From: Octopus vulgaris
Taxonomy: Eukaryota
Direction: 5' to 3'
Assembly: GCA_951406725.2 (NCBI GenBank)
Contig: OX597824.1
Coordinates: forward strand, 620,001-684,000
Length of the DNA: 64,000 nt
Shown here: positions 1 through 13,149 of the stretch, piece by piece
Layout of the letters: each line of letters starts with the position of its first letter
Position numbering within the stretch: position 1 is the stretch's first letter
Program-made: the position numbers and the translations under genes
The notes under the pieces: generated by a model
What the model saw: only the letters and a program-made list of their open reading frames with translations
Database searches by the model: none
Told to the model about the DNA's origin: nothing

Positions 1-946
1 GCTCAGAGCCAACTGCTTTACTTTTAACTGTCCATCTTGTATTTTCCACGACCTCAGAAATATTGCTGTTTTCATTGGTAAACTTTGCCTGTTAAAAGTT
101 AGTTCCCAAGGCTGGCTACGTTTGATACAGAAATACAAGGTTCTAATCATCGTGTGTTTCTTGAGTATTTGAAGCATTTGTTGAGTGATGTGAAACTTCA
201 GATGAACATTTCAGGTTGTTGGGGCAGATTCCCTGATGTTGACATTTAATTACTGGAAAGCTTCATTGAATTTACAGCATTAATAATTAAACTGGGTGAC
301 AGTACTACATATATATATATATATATATATGCATGTGTGCTGTGTTTGTTCCCACCAACACTTGACAACTGACTAGGCTAAAAAAAAACTAGGTATTGGG
401 TTGATTTGTTGTGAGCTGACAAGGGGGTGCTGGGTTTTTAGAGGGGAAGGTCAGGATTTTTCTTAGAAATTAAAATGTTGAAAACCAGGTACATTTCTCT
501 ATTTTAAATGTTTTCAAAAACATTTTTTTCTGGTATTAAAATATAACTGGGTTTGTGTGTTATCGTCGAGGGGCAAATTTTAGTCTGATTCCAAAACGTT
601 GCCAGAAGAAGGACAGAGCACTCCAAAGTCAGTCTGTGGCCTAAAGCATGGCATCTGAGAATCGTAACTGGGGAAACAAAAGTCAGCAATATTGGTTTTC
701 AGATAAAAGGCATATGAAGGGGGAACTAAGAAAATATGGATTATTTATTATTGCCGTAGAAAGTTGCAAAATTAGCTTTTGCTTTATTGTCTTTCATCAT
801 TTACCTGTTTCATTGGACAACAGCCATGCTGGGGAACATTCCGGAAAAGTTTACTTGAACAAATCAACCCCAATACCTAATTTTTTTTGAGCCTGGTCAG
901 TTGTCAAGAGGTGCTGAGAACAAACACAACAAACATACACACACGC

Positions 947-988
<42 letters not shown>

Positions 989-1847
989 GTATATGTATAT
1001 TTATATATGTATATGACTGGCACTCTGTTGCTTACGATGACGAGGGCTACATTTGATCCCCTCAACAGAACAGCCTGCTTGTGAAATTAACATGCAAGTG
1101 GCTGAGCGCTCCACAGTGTTACTGCTGGACATGTTGGTGCTGCTGCTACTGCCATCATTTCTACTGTTACTAGATGAATACAAATCCATAAAAGAAGAGG
1201 AAAGAACAGGGCCTCGAGATGAGGAAAGAAGGCTTAGTAAATTAGAATCATTTTGCAGTGTTAAGCTGGAAATGGAAATCAATTTGTTTTTGATCAAAAG
1301 TTTTCTCCATTCTCCCACAAGGGACGTTGGCTCATCTGCCCATAGGGGCAATTTCGTCCGTAGTTCGTATAATTTATGGTTGGAACACAATCTCACCAGG
1401 AGTTTGTCATCACAGTCACCTCAAGACTAGGGTACTCTTGGTGCACAGGTACTGCTTTAGAGCTGATTGGGGAGTTGTTTGAAGATATAAGGACGCAGAT
1501 AGGGCGTCAGATCCACAAAGTTGCCTGTGGATGTAGGACACGGAGCTCAAAAGTCAAACTCACTGGTCTAAAACCAGCAATTCGAACATCCTAAGTGAGA
1601 AGATCGATGTCTCAACAATTTAGTTTTAATTATTGATCGATTTTGTGAATAAGAGGACAACGGAAGGTATAGAACTTTCACCAAGCCTATCAGAGTTATT
1701 CCCCCTCGTATGCTTTTTCTGGCCATGTCCCTCCCTGCTGAAACTACAGTTTTCATCTACAAGAAATATTCAGGCTTGTGTTTGGTCAAAAGAAAGCATT
1801 AAATGGTGGAAACTTTTAGCGGAGCGAAATAAGTTGAGTCGGTGAAT

Positions 1848-2410
1848 TGTTGCTGTTGTTTAACTCCAGGTTAGGCCTCTTCGAGCAGGTCTGTGATCAA
1901 GTGTGTTTCAACTGCGACTAGTTCTTCCTTTTCTTCAGAATATTTATCAGGACAACATCATGTTAATCTTATCTTTCACAAAACGATAAGGTTTGTTATG
2001 AGGAAGGTTTGGTGGCTACCTCAAGCTCATCAAGCGATCACATAGAGCCTCCTTCATCAGAGAAATGGTTGTTGTTCACCCCAGGCCAGTCTGCTCAAGT
2101 CGTTTGGTCAGCTCATTCCCTCGCCTCACAAAAAAGCATTGTATATTTAAGACTGCATAGTATTGTGTGTGTGCTTCTTTATGACAGTAAGGTACTATTT
2201 GAAGGATATTTGGCTTCTATTTATAACAGACAGATTCAAGCGAATCATCATCAGTTGTTTAGCCCCAGGTCAGCCACTGTTGAGTAGGCCTAGAATACGA
2301 TTTGTACAATATCTTATGAATATATAGTGCTACATTACCCAATGTTGTAAGGCGATACTGTGCGATTTGAACTGCTATTTCTAGCAGAATTAGTACAACC
2401 GATAGGCTGA
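1848..2410 (+). repeat. Three diverged tandem copies of a ~200-bp dispersed repeat (gttgtttaaccccaggtcag...gatttggctgctatttctagc); also at about 3930-4190, 19620-19870, 58190-58420, 63595-63805
   Basis: Shared start and end motifs between copies; family not identified. Confidence 0.55.
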
Positions 2411-3260
2411 AAATAAATATAGATGGTTAAATTTTCTCCCCAAAACAGCTTCGTGTTTAATATAATGTCGTATTAAAATTAGAAAATATCGTTATGGGAA
2501 ATCAGTTAAAGCAGTATTTCTTTTATGTAGGCCTCACCCGCAAGAGATTTTGAAAAGCAAATTGCCATGATTAAATAAAGCTGAAACTCTTTTGAAATTT
2601 GTGCATATAAATCCTTTCTTTGTTAAACAAAGAAAGGATTTATATGGGTGAAAACTCAAAGATGTCTTGGAATGGTTGAAGCGTTAAAGCGTCGGAAAAA
2701 ATGCTGGAGGCCGACTTTGCCCTTCATCCCCGTTGTGGTCGATAAAATAAAGTACCAATGAAATACTGGAGACGACGTAATCAAATTACTTCTCTAAATT
2801 GTTGGCCTTTATGTTGTTTGTGAGAAAAAGCAAATAATGAAAAGGGGGAGTAAAAAAATTCACTTTCGGTGGATATCTGAGTAGAGTTTTCCCTAAGCTG
2901 TGCGTAGGAAGGGATAATGAAAAGAGAAATGTTGGCATGCAGGGCTTCCGAAGATGAAATTAAATATCTGTCTTTTAATTGAAGAAATTTGAGCAATGGT
3001 TCCTCGCATAGATGTGCTCATACTTTGCAAAAGAAAGACAAATTTTGCACACATGCACAGCTAAAAATAACAGAGGGAACATTGGGTAAGGGCTGAATTG
3101 GTCAGTTTGAGAACCAAACAAATAAGGGGCTCAGCGACTAATTTCTGAGAGACACTGCTGTCCCGGATATAATTAAGTCTGGGCGAAAGGAGACTTGGCG
3201 AGCGTCAGTTATCTCCCCTGGTTGTGTAACTCTTCAGCCTTGAAGCGACCGACCTGGAAA

Positions 3261-3360
3261 ATGTCGTCGGAGAAGTTCGAGTCCTTGGAGGACGATTTGA
3301 ACGGGATTTTGGAGCAATTGAAGAAGTACATCCACGATGAGATCCCCGGATTATACGGCG
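3261..3360 (+). CDS. VTI1B: VTI1B coding exon 1 (MSSEKFESLEDDLNGILEQLKKYIHDEIPGLYG)
   Basis: ATG at 3261 in a locally CpG-rich segment; GTGAGT donor at 3361; phase 1. Resembles the N-terminal Habc helix of vertebrate Vti1b (SSEHFEKLHE...). Confidence 0.9.
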
Positions 3361-6242
3361 GTGAGTGTTGTCTCTTTATTTCACGCTTACAGATTACCAA
3401 AAAATCTCGTCAAAGGCTGCTCTTTTCTTCTCTCAAAGTAAATAAACAGAAAAAAGAAAAAAATTCTTTTTTTAAGAAGAAAATAAAAAATAATTATTTT
3501 TAAACAAAGTTTCTCGACCACATTTAATTAACATGGTTGGTGCTTAAACTGTTGTGATTCCATCAGTCCTATTCCGATGTCTGAGCTTCTTTGAGTTGGG
3601 GAGATTCTCTGAGATGGAAAGTTTCTGGCTTTTTGGAGAAACGATGGGAGAAGAAGATCTCATGTTCGTTCCCAGCCGTCGTTATTGAGTTTGTTGAGTC
3701 ATCGCGGTTGGCTTCGATCATTGATTTCTTTGGATTCCTTCCAGGACAATCAACATCCCTTATTCACATACACCGCGAACCCCTTATTCTACAACAGGTA
3801 AAACCCCTCCCACACTCGGAATTAACGTGATTAATAGGCAGAAGATGTGCTTTAAACTGTAACATACTCCTATAAGGTAATATAGACGGAATTATAACAG
3901 AAGACAATGGTTTTTATTTAACAGCCAAACGTGCCACACCTGACGGTCCTCGAACTAACGAAGAGACGAAACTACTTTGTCGTTCAATCAGCTAGAAATA
4001 GCAGGCACGCTACCATTTTAAAAAAGCGGAAGGACACGTTGGATAATGTAATCTTTGGTACACTATGTATAAGACAAAACAAAAACAAGAACAGGTTGTC
4101 CACGTCTGGATTGCTTTTTGATCCGATATCTGCTCGATCAGGACTAATCAGTGTTATTCACTTGGACGGACAACAAGGAAGTTTAAAAGAAAGAAAATAA
4201 AAAAAGGTATCCGTGTAATTCTTCTTTACGGATGTGATAAAGCATAAAGTTAACTCGGGTAGGATTTGAACTCGCAACTTTGATGTAGCGAACTAGAAAT
4301 AAAGACGCCTTAAAAGTATGCCGCCCCCCCCGCCTCCCTCACATTGTTTGTTCTTCTCTTGTATAATAAGTAAAACTCATGACTTTATTGTTTCACCCGT
4401 TCCTGTGATGGAAGTATTGTTTACGCGTCTGGCCTTGTTTCCGTCATGTGATTATTAGATGACGCCCAGGCTGAACTTCATTCTTTTATCCACACACACA
4501 CACACACGCATGTTTGTATGTATTGTTTTTTTGCGTTTGTATTTATATTAAAGTGTAACGTATTTCGGGGTATTTGTTCGATTCATTTTCTGCTTTTCGT
4601 TACTGCACGACTACTTCGGCCATACTGGGGCACTGCTTTCAACGGTTTTTAACCAATCCTATTGATGACGAAGGTCAAGAATACGCATACCCGGTATTTA
4701 GGGTTAGGGTTTTTGTTACGCCGAAAACAGGTGCTGTGCCTATCTTTACCTCCGCCCTATTGATCCCAGTTCTTAGTCGCGAACTAATTTTATCAATCAT
4801 TATTCATCGAATGACCAAGTTCACTCATATTTCACTTTAGCGGTGTAAATACCACGATATAATTACACCGGTACACACACACACACGTTTCTGTCTGCCA
4901 AATTATATTTCTAAAACATTGTTCAGCTTGAGGTTATGGTGGAAGATACTTGCCCCTTGGTGCCTTGCTGTGGGATGGAACACGAATCCACATGGGTGTG
5001 AATCGAATTTCCTAAATATGTTGATACTCTGCGGTAAATAAAGGACAAAGTTGTTAGAACCCTACACAAAATACCTTGTGGTATTTGTTAAGACTCTTTA
5101 TGTTCTTAGTTCAGATTCCACCAAGATCAACGCTGCTTTTCATCCATCCACAGTCAATAATATATGGTACCAGTCAAATACTGGGGTTGACATAATTGCT
5201 TGTTCTCCTTCCCTAAATTTCTGGCCTTGTGCAGGCATGGCTGTGTGGTAAGAAGTTTGCTTGTCAACCACATGGCTCTGGGATCAGTCCCATTGTGTGG
5301 CAAGTGTCTCCTACTATAGCTCTGGGCTGACTAAAGCTTTGTGACTGGATTTTATAGATAGAATCCGAAAGAAGCTTGTGTGTGTGTGTTGCCTCTTTGC
5401 CTTGACTTCACAGGATACTTGTAAAGAAGTGTCAGCATCATGCAAGCAGTGTTCTTCATTTCCAATCATCCATGAAAACATGTCTGGTCCCAGGGAAATA
5501 TAACTTGGAAAAAGGTGAGTGTTGGTGACAGGAAGGGCATCCAACCAGAGAAAAGTCAACCTCAGCAAATTCTGCCTGACCCTCTGAACATAGAAAAGTG
5601 GATGCTAAAGCTATGTTGATGATGATATGCCCAATGGCATAATTAATTAAATCTGGTGAATTAATTTTACTTTTTATCCTCCTGGAGTCTCTAGAATAGG
5701 TACTAGTTACCTACGGTAGTGGATATACCCAACTATACATCCTTCTACCCCAAGTATTTTGCTTTGTCTCATTGTTAGAGACCATTCTTAGTACTATTTT
5801 TCTATTTCTGTTTTTCTTCAACATTTAATTCTGTGCAAAATCTACATAATTTGCAATGTATCTCCCTCTTATCCATTGCCCTTGTGGCAAATAAAAGAAA
5901 TTATTACTACCATGGTAAACTGGCTTAAACAACAGAGCATCTGTTCAGATGCCTTTTGGTACTTCTTCTGTGCATTCTGAGCTCAGTCCCCTCCAAGGTC
6001 ACCTTTCATCCTTTCAGACTCAATAAAATAAAGGACCTGTCAAGTATTGGAGTTGATGTCATTGACTAACTTCCATCCCCCTACATTCCCGGCCTTGGGC
6101 CGCCCATCATTACATCCTGGGTCCAAATGTCAGTGGGGTTGACTTTGCCTTTCATTCTTTCAAGTACCAGTTGTGCACTGGGGTCGATTTAATCAACTAA
6201 GTCTCTCCCCTGACATTTCAGGTCTTGTCCCAAAATTGAACC

Positions 6243-6273
<31 letters not shown>

Positions 6274-6275
<2 letters not shown>

Positions 6276-6700
6276 CTCTTTATCACAAGTTTTGTTGGAG
6301 TTCCTGGAGTCTTGCATGCATAGCATGCTTACTACCTGCAGCCTATGGCACCATGCTATCTGTTCTTTTTAACTATCTAATACTTTGCTGATTATTCTGG
6401 CCATGCCAAGGAGGCAAACCTTTTTCTAACAGTTCTACTGGGCACTCTATTCCAATTTCCTTGATATTCCTCTTGATGCCTCCTGATACTTTTCTCAAGG
6501 ACTCGGCAATAATTGGTACTATCTTCACATTCTTCGTTTTCCATAGCCAGACTATTTCATACTTAAGAGGATTATATCTACGTACCTTTTCACCTTCTTT
6601 CTTGACTATCAACTATATAGCACATGTGGTGCACCTCATCCGTCACCACTCAGTCTGGTCTGTTATGCCGTAGCACCTGATCTGTTTGCATTGGGAAATC
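6274..6700 (-). mobile_element. 3' fragment of an R4/Dong-like RLE non-LTR retrotransposon with (TAA)n tail
   Basis: Degenerate ...EKVRRYNPLKYEIVWLWKTKNVKIVPII... C-terminus; abuts the (TTA)n tract at 6244-6273. Confidence 0.65.
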
Positions 6701-7934
6701 CCAAAGGATTTTACTAGTCACTGACTCAATCACTCTCTGCAGTTTGTCCTCAGACCACACCTTACCTCACTCTAGCCCCCACTTTTTGCACAATTTCCAA
6801 TCTAGCACTTTTGCTACTTGATTGTGTCACCACAACTTATAATAGTGGTTTTGGGCAAGACTAGGGCATTCGTTTGTGATATGGGCAATGGTTTCATGCA
6901 CCCTATTGCAGATGTAGCACAGTAGAGACACTTGCTCATTCCAAAGGTTGAACCTCCAATTCATGGCCAAAGTTTGGTCTTGCGCTGCCAGTATTGTGCT
7001 CTTGGTCTCTTTTTTTAGTGTTCCTTTCTTCAGCCAACCCCTTCTATGTTTTCCAGCAACTTCTGTGGTGGCTGCATGGATTTGTTTGTGTAGACCCTTT
7101 TTTGTGTGTAATTGTCCTTCATGTCTTTTTTGTACTGCTTCCTTTGTTTTTCTTTTTCTCTCTGCTTAAAGCAGTGCAGGAGCAAAAGTAATCTAAATCC
7201 AAATCAAATGAATTCCAGTCCTGCTTTTTGGGGTTTTTTTTTTACATTCTGGTGGTATTACATTGTTGGCAGAATTGTAGATCATCAGACAAAATCCCTT
7301 GTGATGTCTTTTTTAGTAATGGCTGAGTCTGAAGAGGAAAGGCTTTGCTCTTGACCCTTTTCAGTGTCTTTCAGAAGGAAAGGAGAAAGCTATCCTCAGA
7401 TCAGGGACCAAGTTCAAGTAAACTTCACTAAAGTGACCCATGGTCTGAGGGTGGTGTTGAACTGAGTGTTCTTCTGAATTCTAATCTTGCCAAGGTCAAC
7501 TTTACTTTTCATGTGTTTGGAGTTGATATAATTCCATCTGAGATGCAAATGGAATTGAAGAAGAAGATAATGAGTTCAATTCTTGCTAAAGTTGAATTCT
7601 ACAAACATTTTGTACCTCATTATCATCATTTTTGATGTCCATCTTCCATGCTGGCATGGATTAGATTGAAATCATCAAGGACGATGGTCAGATGGTTCCT
7701 TGGCAAAGATAAAAGAGGTATTTGTCTACTTACAAAACTAAACCTACCTACCTACCTACTTTACATCCCTCTGTGGTCAGTATAGTATCAATCATCCCTC
7801 AAGAGTCCATAGATAAGCGAGTAAAATTACTAATAGAGAAACGAAAATAAAACTTTGGAAACAGCAACACCACCATAGGTTACGTGGAAATGATGAATGT
7901 GTTTTCAAGGGAGACAATCAAAGAATGTAACAAT

Positions 7935-8141
7935 ACTTCATGTAAAGTAAATATAACAAATGAAATATCCTTCAAGAATCCATAAAAATTCCCGGATCAC
8001 TACCAAAGTTTCATCATCTGTTCCTTGTGTCATTATCAACTTTTCCTGCAAATACCGTTCACAACTTTTTGAATTATTTTGCACACAGACGGACAAGCCA
8101 GTGCCAATGAAAACATAACCTCCTTCCTTGGCGGAGGTAAT
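7935..8141. mobile_element. Helentron/HINE (DINE-like) non-autonomous element end
   Basis: Ends in gaaaacataACCTCCttccttggcGGAGGTaat hairpin, preceded by cagacggaca and aaagtttcatcatctg, an arrangement I recognise from HINEs. Confidence 0.55.
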
Positions 8142-8429
8142 AGTAATGATGAGATTATTGTATTCAGTGCACAGAATAAAGCACAAAAAGATGATAAATT
8201 GAAAAGCAAAAGAGCCCCAAATGGGAAAGAATATGCAGGTATGTCAGGAGTAGTGTTGGCAAATTTTGGGAAGCATGAGAGGTTTGAAGGATGTTGTGTC
8301 CTAATAACAATCAACTGATACACGTAGTTTGACAATTCTGACCATGAAAAATGTTTCTGAAAGTCATGGATGCTGCAATGGGTTTGTTTTTGTTTTTGAT
8401 TTTATAAGCTTGTCTGTGGGTGTAGATAT

Positions 8430-9045
8430 ATTGAATTCGTGCAAGAGAGATGACTGCGCTGGTATGGGTATGTGTTGCATATGGATGGAGGACAGCTGTG
8501 TAAAGAAGTGTCACACCCTAACAGTGGAAGACATGGGATGAGGTGGTGGAGCACAACTTTTGAACATTGGGCCTCACAAAGGCAATGACAAGCAGCTGAG
8601 ACCTTTGGAGATATGCTGTGACTGAGAAGACCCAACACTAAGCCAAGTGAGATTGCAGCCAGGGCTGATGTCAGTGTTGCATAACTGGCCCGTTTAAGAG
8701 TAACCTTCAATCGTTGGGCAATATGCTGTGCTTGAGAAGACCTGTTGAGCTGAGTGAAATCGTAGTTGTGGCTGATGCCAGTGTCGCTTGACTGGCACCC
8801 ATGCCAGTGGCACATAAAAAGCACCATTCAAGTGTGGTCGATGCCAGTGCCGCCTCACTGGCCTCTATGCTGGTGGTATGTAAAAAGTATTGACTACACT
8901 CTGAGAGTGGTTGGTGTTAGGAAGAGCATCTAGTTGTAAAAACATTGTCAGAACAGATTGGAACCTGGTGCAGCCATCTTGCTTGCCAGTCTTCAGTCAA
9001 ACCGTCCAACCCATGCCAGCATGGAAAGTGGATTTTAATTAATGA
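8430..9045 (+). mobile_element. RTE-clade LINE 3' end (degenerate ORF end plus 3'UTR)
   Basis: Translates to VQER.LRWYGYVLHM..DSCVKKCHTLTVE..TWDEVV...DLWRYAV.EKT, followed by the tail ccaacccatgccagcatggaaa. Confidence 0.75.
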
Positions 9046-9402
9046 TCATGTATTACCTAAAAGCTCCAAAACTTATGTTGTAATATGATGAATGTCTTTT
9101 AATGCTGTCTTTGATTCACATTTCACTAACAATGATGCAAGTAAAAAAAGCAAAAAACAACAAACAACCAAAAGCCTCTGCATTAATTATCCTTGATCCC
9201 TCTTTTAACTCATACTTGTAGATCCTGCTTCATGTGGAGTCCTTGACTCTATCACCTCACACCCTAAAAAGTAATAATAATAATAATAATAAAGATCTGT
9301 TTTCATTCAACCGTTTCCTAATGTCCAACCTCTGCTGCTGACTCAGCCATTTATATATTCCATGTTTTTTAACTAAACATTTGTTTTAATTTTTATTTGC
9401 AG

Positions 9403-9461
9403 AGGAGAAGAAAAATGCCAAGAGACAAGTTGAAAAGAAATTGGAGGAAGCCTCCCTTTTG
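9403..9461 (+). CDS. VTI1B: VTI1B coding exon 2 (EEKKNAKRQVEKKLEEASLL)
   Basis: Acceptor ttttatttgcag, donor gtacga; phase 1 to 0 keeps the frame; matches the Vti1b EEKKK... exon. Confidence 0.9.
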
Positions 9462-10285
9462 GTACGATTAACGACTCTTCTGAGTTTTGATATTTCTCAT
9501 GGTTTCCAGCTTGCAGATGTCATGGCCCAGTACCTTCCTCATAATTAAAGCTATATAAAAATGTATATGTGCAGGGTGCAGACAGGATTTGAAGACAGAT
9601 GAATGGTTTTTAAAAAAGGGGTGATCATGAAAATTGTCGGCCATCCATTCTTGTTATTTTCTGAAATAGAAGTTCAATAAAAATTAGTCAAATAAAATAA
9701 CGACTAAAAATGCATGTGTCCTCAAACACCTTCCGGACCCTGTACATATGGTTTTGGGTTCAGTCCCATTGGGCAAGTGGCTTCTACTATAGTCCTGAGG
9801 CAGACCAAAGCTGTCTTTGTTTAACACCACCATGTGACCTCTCAGTGCCATTTATGAAGTCCATTCTATTGCAAGCATTCAGCACGGGTCTCTCTCTCTC
9901 TCGAAGACCCTATTGACATGTGACTTCCTATTCATGCAACCTGTAAGTTTCTTCCTCCCTCTCTCTTCCCATTTTTCTCTACCACTCACAGAACCCTTAC
10001 AAAAAGGTCAAAGAGGCTGCTTTTCTTCCTCTTACAGAACCCAAAGAAAAAAACCTATATCTGCTTCTTTATTCCTTATTGTTCTTGTCCTATCCTTTTG
10101 CATGTCCCCTATTCTACCATCCACCACTCCTCCTGTAATCACCTGTCCCTTACTCGGATGCTCCCTCAACTCTCTCCCCACACATATCATCAGCAGCTTT
10201 GTGTTTTTAAAGCCCTTCTGTTCCATGTTGATTTTTGACTTTGAAATAGAAAAAAAAATTATTTATTTATTTATTTTGACTTTAG

Positions 10286-10396
10286 ATGCAAGAAATGGAA
10301 CAAGAAAGCAAATCAGCGCCACAAAGTTACCGAATACAGATGATGAATCAGTTGAGGAATTACCGAAGAGAAATTGAAAATCTTAGTAGAAATTTT
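10286..10396 (+). CDS. VTI1B: VTI1B coding exon 3 (MQEMEQESKSAPQSYRIQMMNQLRNYRREIENLSRNF)
   Basis: Acceptor ttttgactttag, donor gtacgt; 111 nt; matches the Vti1 motif EMEEE..AP.S.R..MM.KLRNYR. Confidence 0.93.
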
Positions 10397-10878
10397 GTAC
10401 GTCTCAAATTTTGTTGCTTAGACACACATTCCTTTATCTGTTTAGTTATAGCTTAGCATTTTTCTGACGATATTATCCTCATCAAAGTTATTGTTTCCTG
10501 TCAACAATGTGTGTGTCTTCAGGAGATGGTGGCATTTTGTATTCTTACAAAAATCATAAGATTCCAACAGAGAGTATTCATGGTGTTTGTTTAAAATCAC
10601 AAACGCTGACGCAAATAATATCAAGTTTAGAGGAATAATTTAAATTGGTTCGCAGAATCTAAGGTGCAGGTGTGGTTGTGTGGTTAATAAGATTGCTTCC
10701 CAACTCATGGTTTCAGATTCAGTTCCACTGTGTGGCACCAAAGCATTGTGAATGGATTTAGTAGATGGAAACTAAGAAAAGCCCATTGTGCATGTGTGTG
10801 TCATCATCATCGTGTGTATATATATATATTATATTAAATTAGAGACAAAACCACTATTAGGCAAATCAAACAATATAT

Positions 10879-11148
10879 ACCCATGCTAGCATGGAAAGCG
10901 GACGTTAAACGATGATGATGATGATGATGATGATGATATATATATATCATCATCATCGTTTAACGTCCGCTTTCCATGCTAGCATGGGTTGGACGAGTGA
11001 CTGAGGGCTGGTGAACCAGATGGCTGCACCAGGCTCCAATCTTGATCTGGCAGAGTTTCTACAGCTGGATGCCCTTCCTAACGCCAACCACTCCAAGAGT
11101 AGTGGGTGCTTTTACGTGCCACCGGCACAGGGCCAGTCAGGCGGTATT

Positions 11149-11150
<2 letters not shown>
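10879..11150. mobile_element. RTE-type 3'UTR copy (-) with a tail-to-tail inverted terminal duplicate
   Basis: acccatgctagcatggaaagcggacgttaaac(gat)n...(cat)n cgtttaacgtccgctttccatgctagcatgggt. Confidence 0.7.
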
Positions 11151-11206
<56 letters not shown>

Positions 11207-12178
11207 TATACATACATACACACACACGTACACATTCATACACACACACACACACACACACCTGGACCAGGTTCTGATCTGATTTGACTATGTTTCTATG
11301 GCTGGACGCCCTTTCTAATGGTAGCCAGTCTGCGAGTGTAATGGGTGATTTTTATGTGCCACCAGCACGGGTGCCATTGCCACAACTTCAAAATATTCAT
11401 TTCCAATCTCCTGCAGAATCTGCCGCCCAAGGAAGGGAAATATTACGTTGCTTGAAAACAGGTAAGGGTTGATGGCAGGAAGGGCATCCGGCTGTAGAAA
11501 ATGCTCTTCAATAAACTCCAGCCAACCCATTCAGGTGTGGAAAAGGGGACATTAATATGATGATTGCAATGCTGACAAATATTTTTCATGTCTACACTCA
11601 ATGATAGCTGTCAGCATGAAGCATATGAACTCAGAAAGGTAGTACTTGGCTGCTGGGTTAGCAGAATTGCATGGATGGGAGATGAGCCTTGCTTCTAGAC
11701 TGAATGGGGTAGTCTGTTGGTATCCTTCTTTGAGAGTCTGTTACCTGCCCCTGAGAGCTAATTATAATGAAACTGGGATGAGTGTTCAGCTGTCCATTTG
11801 CACGGGAAGACAGATGCAAAATGAAAGAAGGAGAAAAAAATGTGTGTGTGAGATTCTTTGACAACTGTCATAGAGACCTTAAACCCTTCAGTTCATTGTC
11901 TGTTGTCTTGCCAACACAACCGTCTGCAGCTGTCTCTGAAGTGATGAGTTACATTCGAAAGCCAAATCATAAGTTACCATTGAGTGTCCAGTTTCATTTC
12001 CCACTCTGCCAACCAAACAACCTCTTCACAGTGGGACTCCAAGAAATGGCAACCTCTGATCTTTGTATCTTCTTCAAAGTTTTTCATATTTTTAAAATTC
12101 ATTGTTTATTTCCCTTTTTTTTTTCTTAATAACAATTTAATTAATTAGTTTATAAATTCAGATTTTTCTTTGTTTCAG

Positions 12179-12232
12179 AAAATGATTTCAGAAAATAATA
12201 CTTTTGATTCTGGAACCAATGATTGGGAAAGT
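12179..12232 (+). CDS. VTI1B: VTI1B probable coding exon 4, linker (KMISENNTFDSGTNDWES)
   Basis: Acceptor tttttctttgtttcag, donor gtatgt; 54 nt phase 0-0; supplies the expected Habc-SNARE linker, but the sequence is poorly conserved. Confidence 0.7.
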
Positions 12233-12236
12233 GTAT

Positions 12237-12285
<49 letters not shown>

Positions 12286-12286
<1 letters not shown>

Positions 12287-12508
12287 GCCTCAGCACAGCT
12301 TCTGACGCTGGAGATGTACTACAGTGTCAGCTGTTCACTACCAGTGATCTAAGTTAACACCTCGTATTTTTTGAGCACCTTCCGGAGTATTTGACCGGTT
12401 CCAAACAGTGCTGTTTTCTGCAAGTGCTCCACCCTTATTGCAGCCCCTATTTGTTCCATGTACTTCTCGAGATTTTTGCTCACTGTTCCCAGGGCTCCGA
12501 CAATTATT
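12286..12508 (-). mobile_element. Short 3' fragment of an R4/Dong-like element in (TAA)n just downstream of VTI1B exon 4
   Basis: Minus strand reads IVGALGTVSKNLEKYMEQIGAAIRVEHLQKTALFGTGQILRKVL; flanked by (TTA)n on both sides. Confidence 0.75.
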
Positions 12509-13149
12509 ATTATCATCATCATCATTATTATTATTATTATTAATAATCTTGCTAAGGCAGTGAATTGCTGGCTGAATTGTTTTTGTGTCTGAGAAAATGC
12601 TTAGCAGCATTTTGTCTGTTTTTACATTCTGAGTTCAAATTCCGCTGGGGTCAACTTTACCTTTCATCCTTTTGGGGGTCAATAGATTAAGTACCAGTTG
12701 AGTACTGGGGTCAGTATAATCAAATAACCCTTCTCCCCCAAAACTTCAGGCTTTGTGCCTCTTGTGGAAAGGATTATTATTACCCTTCTTAATCTTGGGC
12801 AGCTTGCTGGCAGAATTGTTATTGTGTCAGAGAAAATGGTTAGCGGCATTTCTTGTAGCCCTTTACGTTCTGACTCTAAATGCCACTGAAGTCAATTTTG
12901 CTTTTCATCGTTTCAGGGTCGATAAAATGAGTAGCATTCGAGCACTGGGGGTTGATGTAATCAGCTTACCTCTCCCCTTAAAATCTCCCTGAAATCACAC
13001 TGGTACCTTGAATATGAAATGAGGCAACTGACCGATACGGCTGTGGGGCTGAGAAGTTCTCTTCACAACCATGTGGTTCTGATTTTGGTTCCCCTGTATG
13101 GCCCCATGGGCATTTGTCTTCTGCCATGACCTCAGGTTGACCGATGTCA

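Noticed and set aside
3195-3503. 102-aa ORF as a single-exon gene
   Set aside because: Only 3261-3360 is coding (VTI1B exon 1); the rest reads through the UTR and intron.
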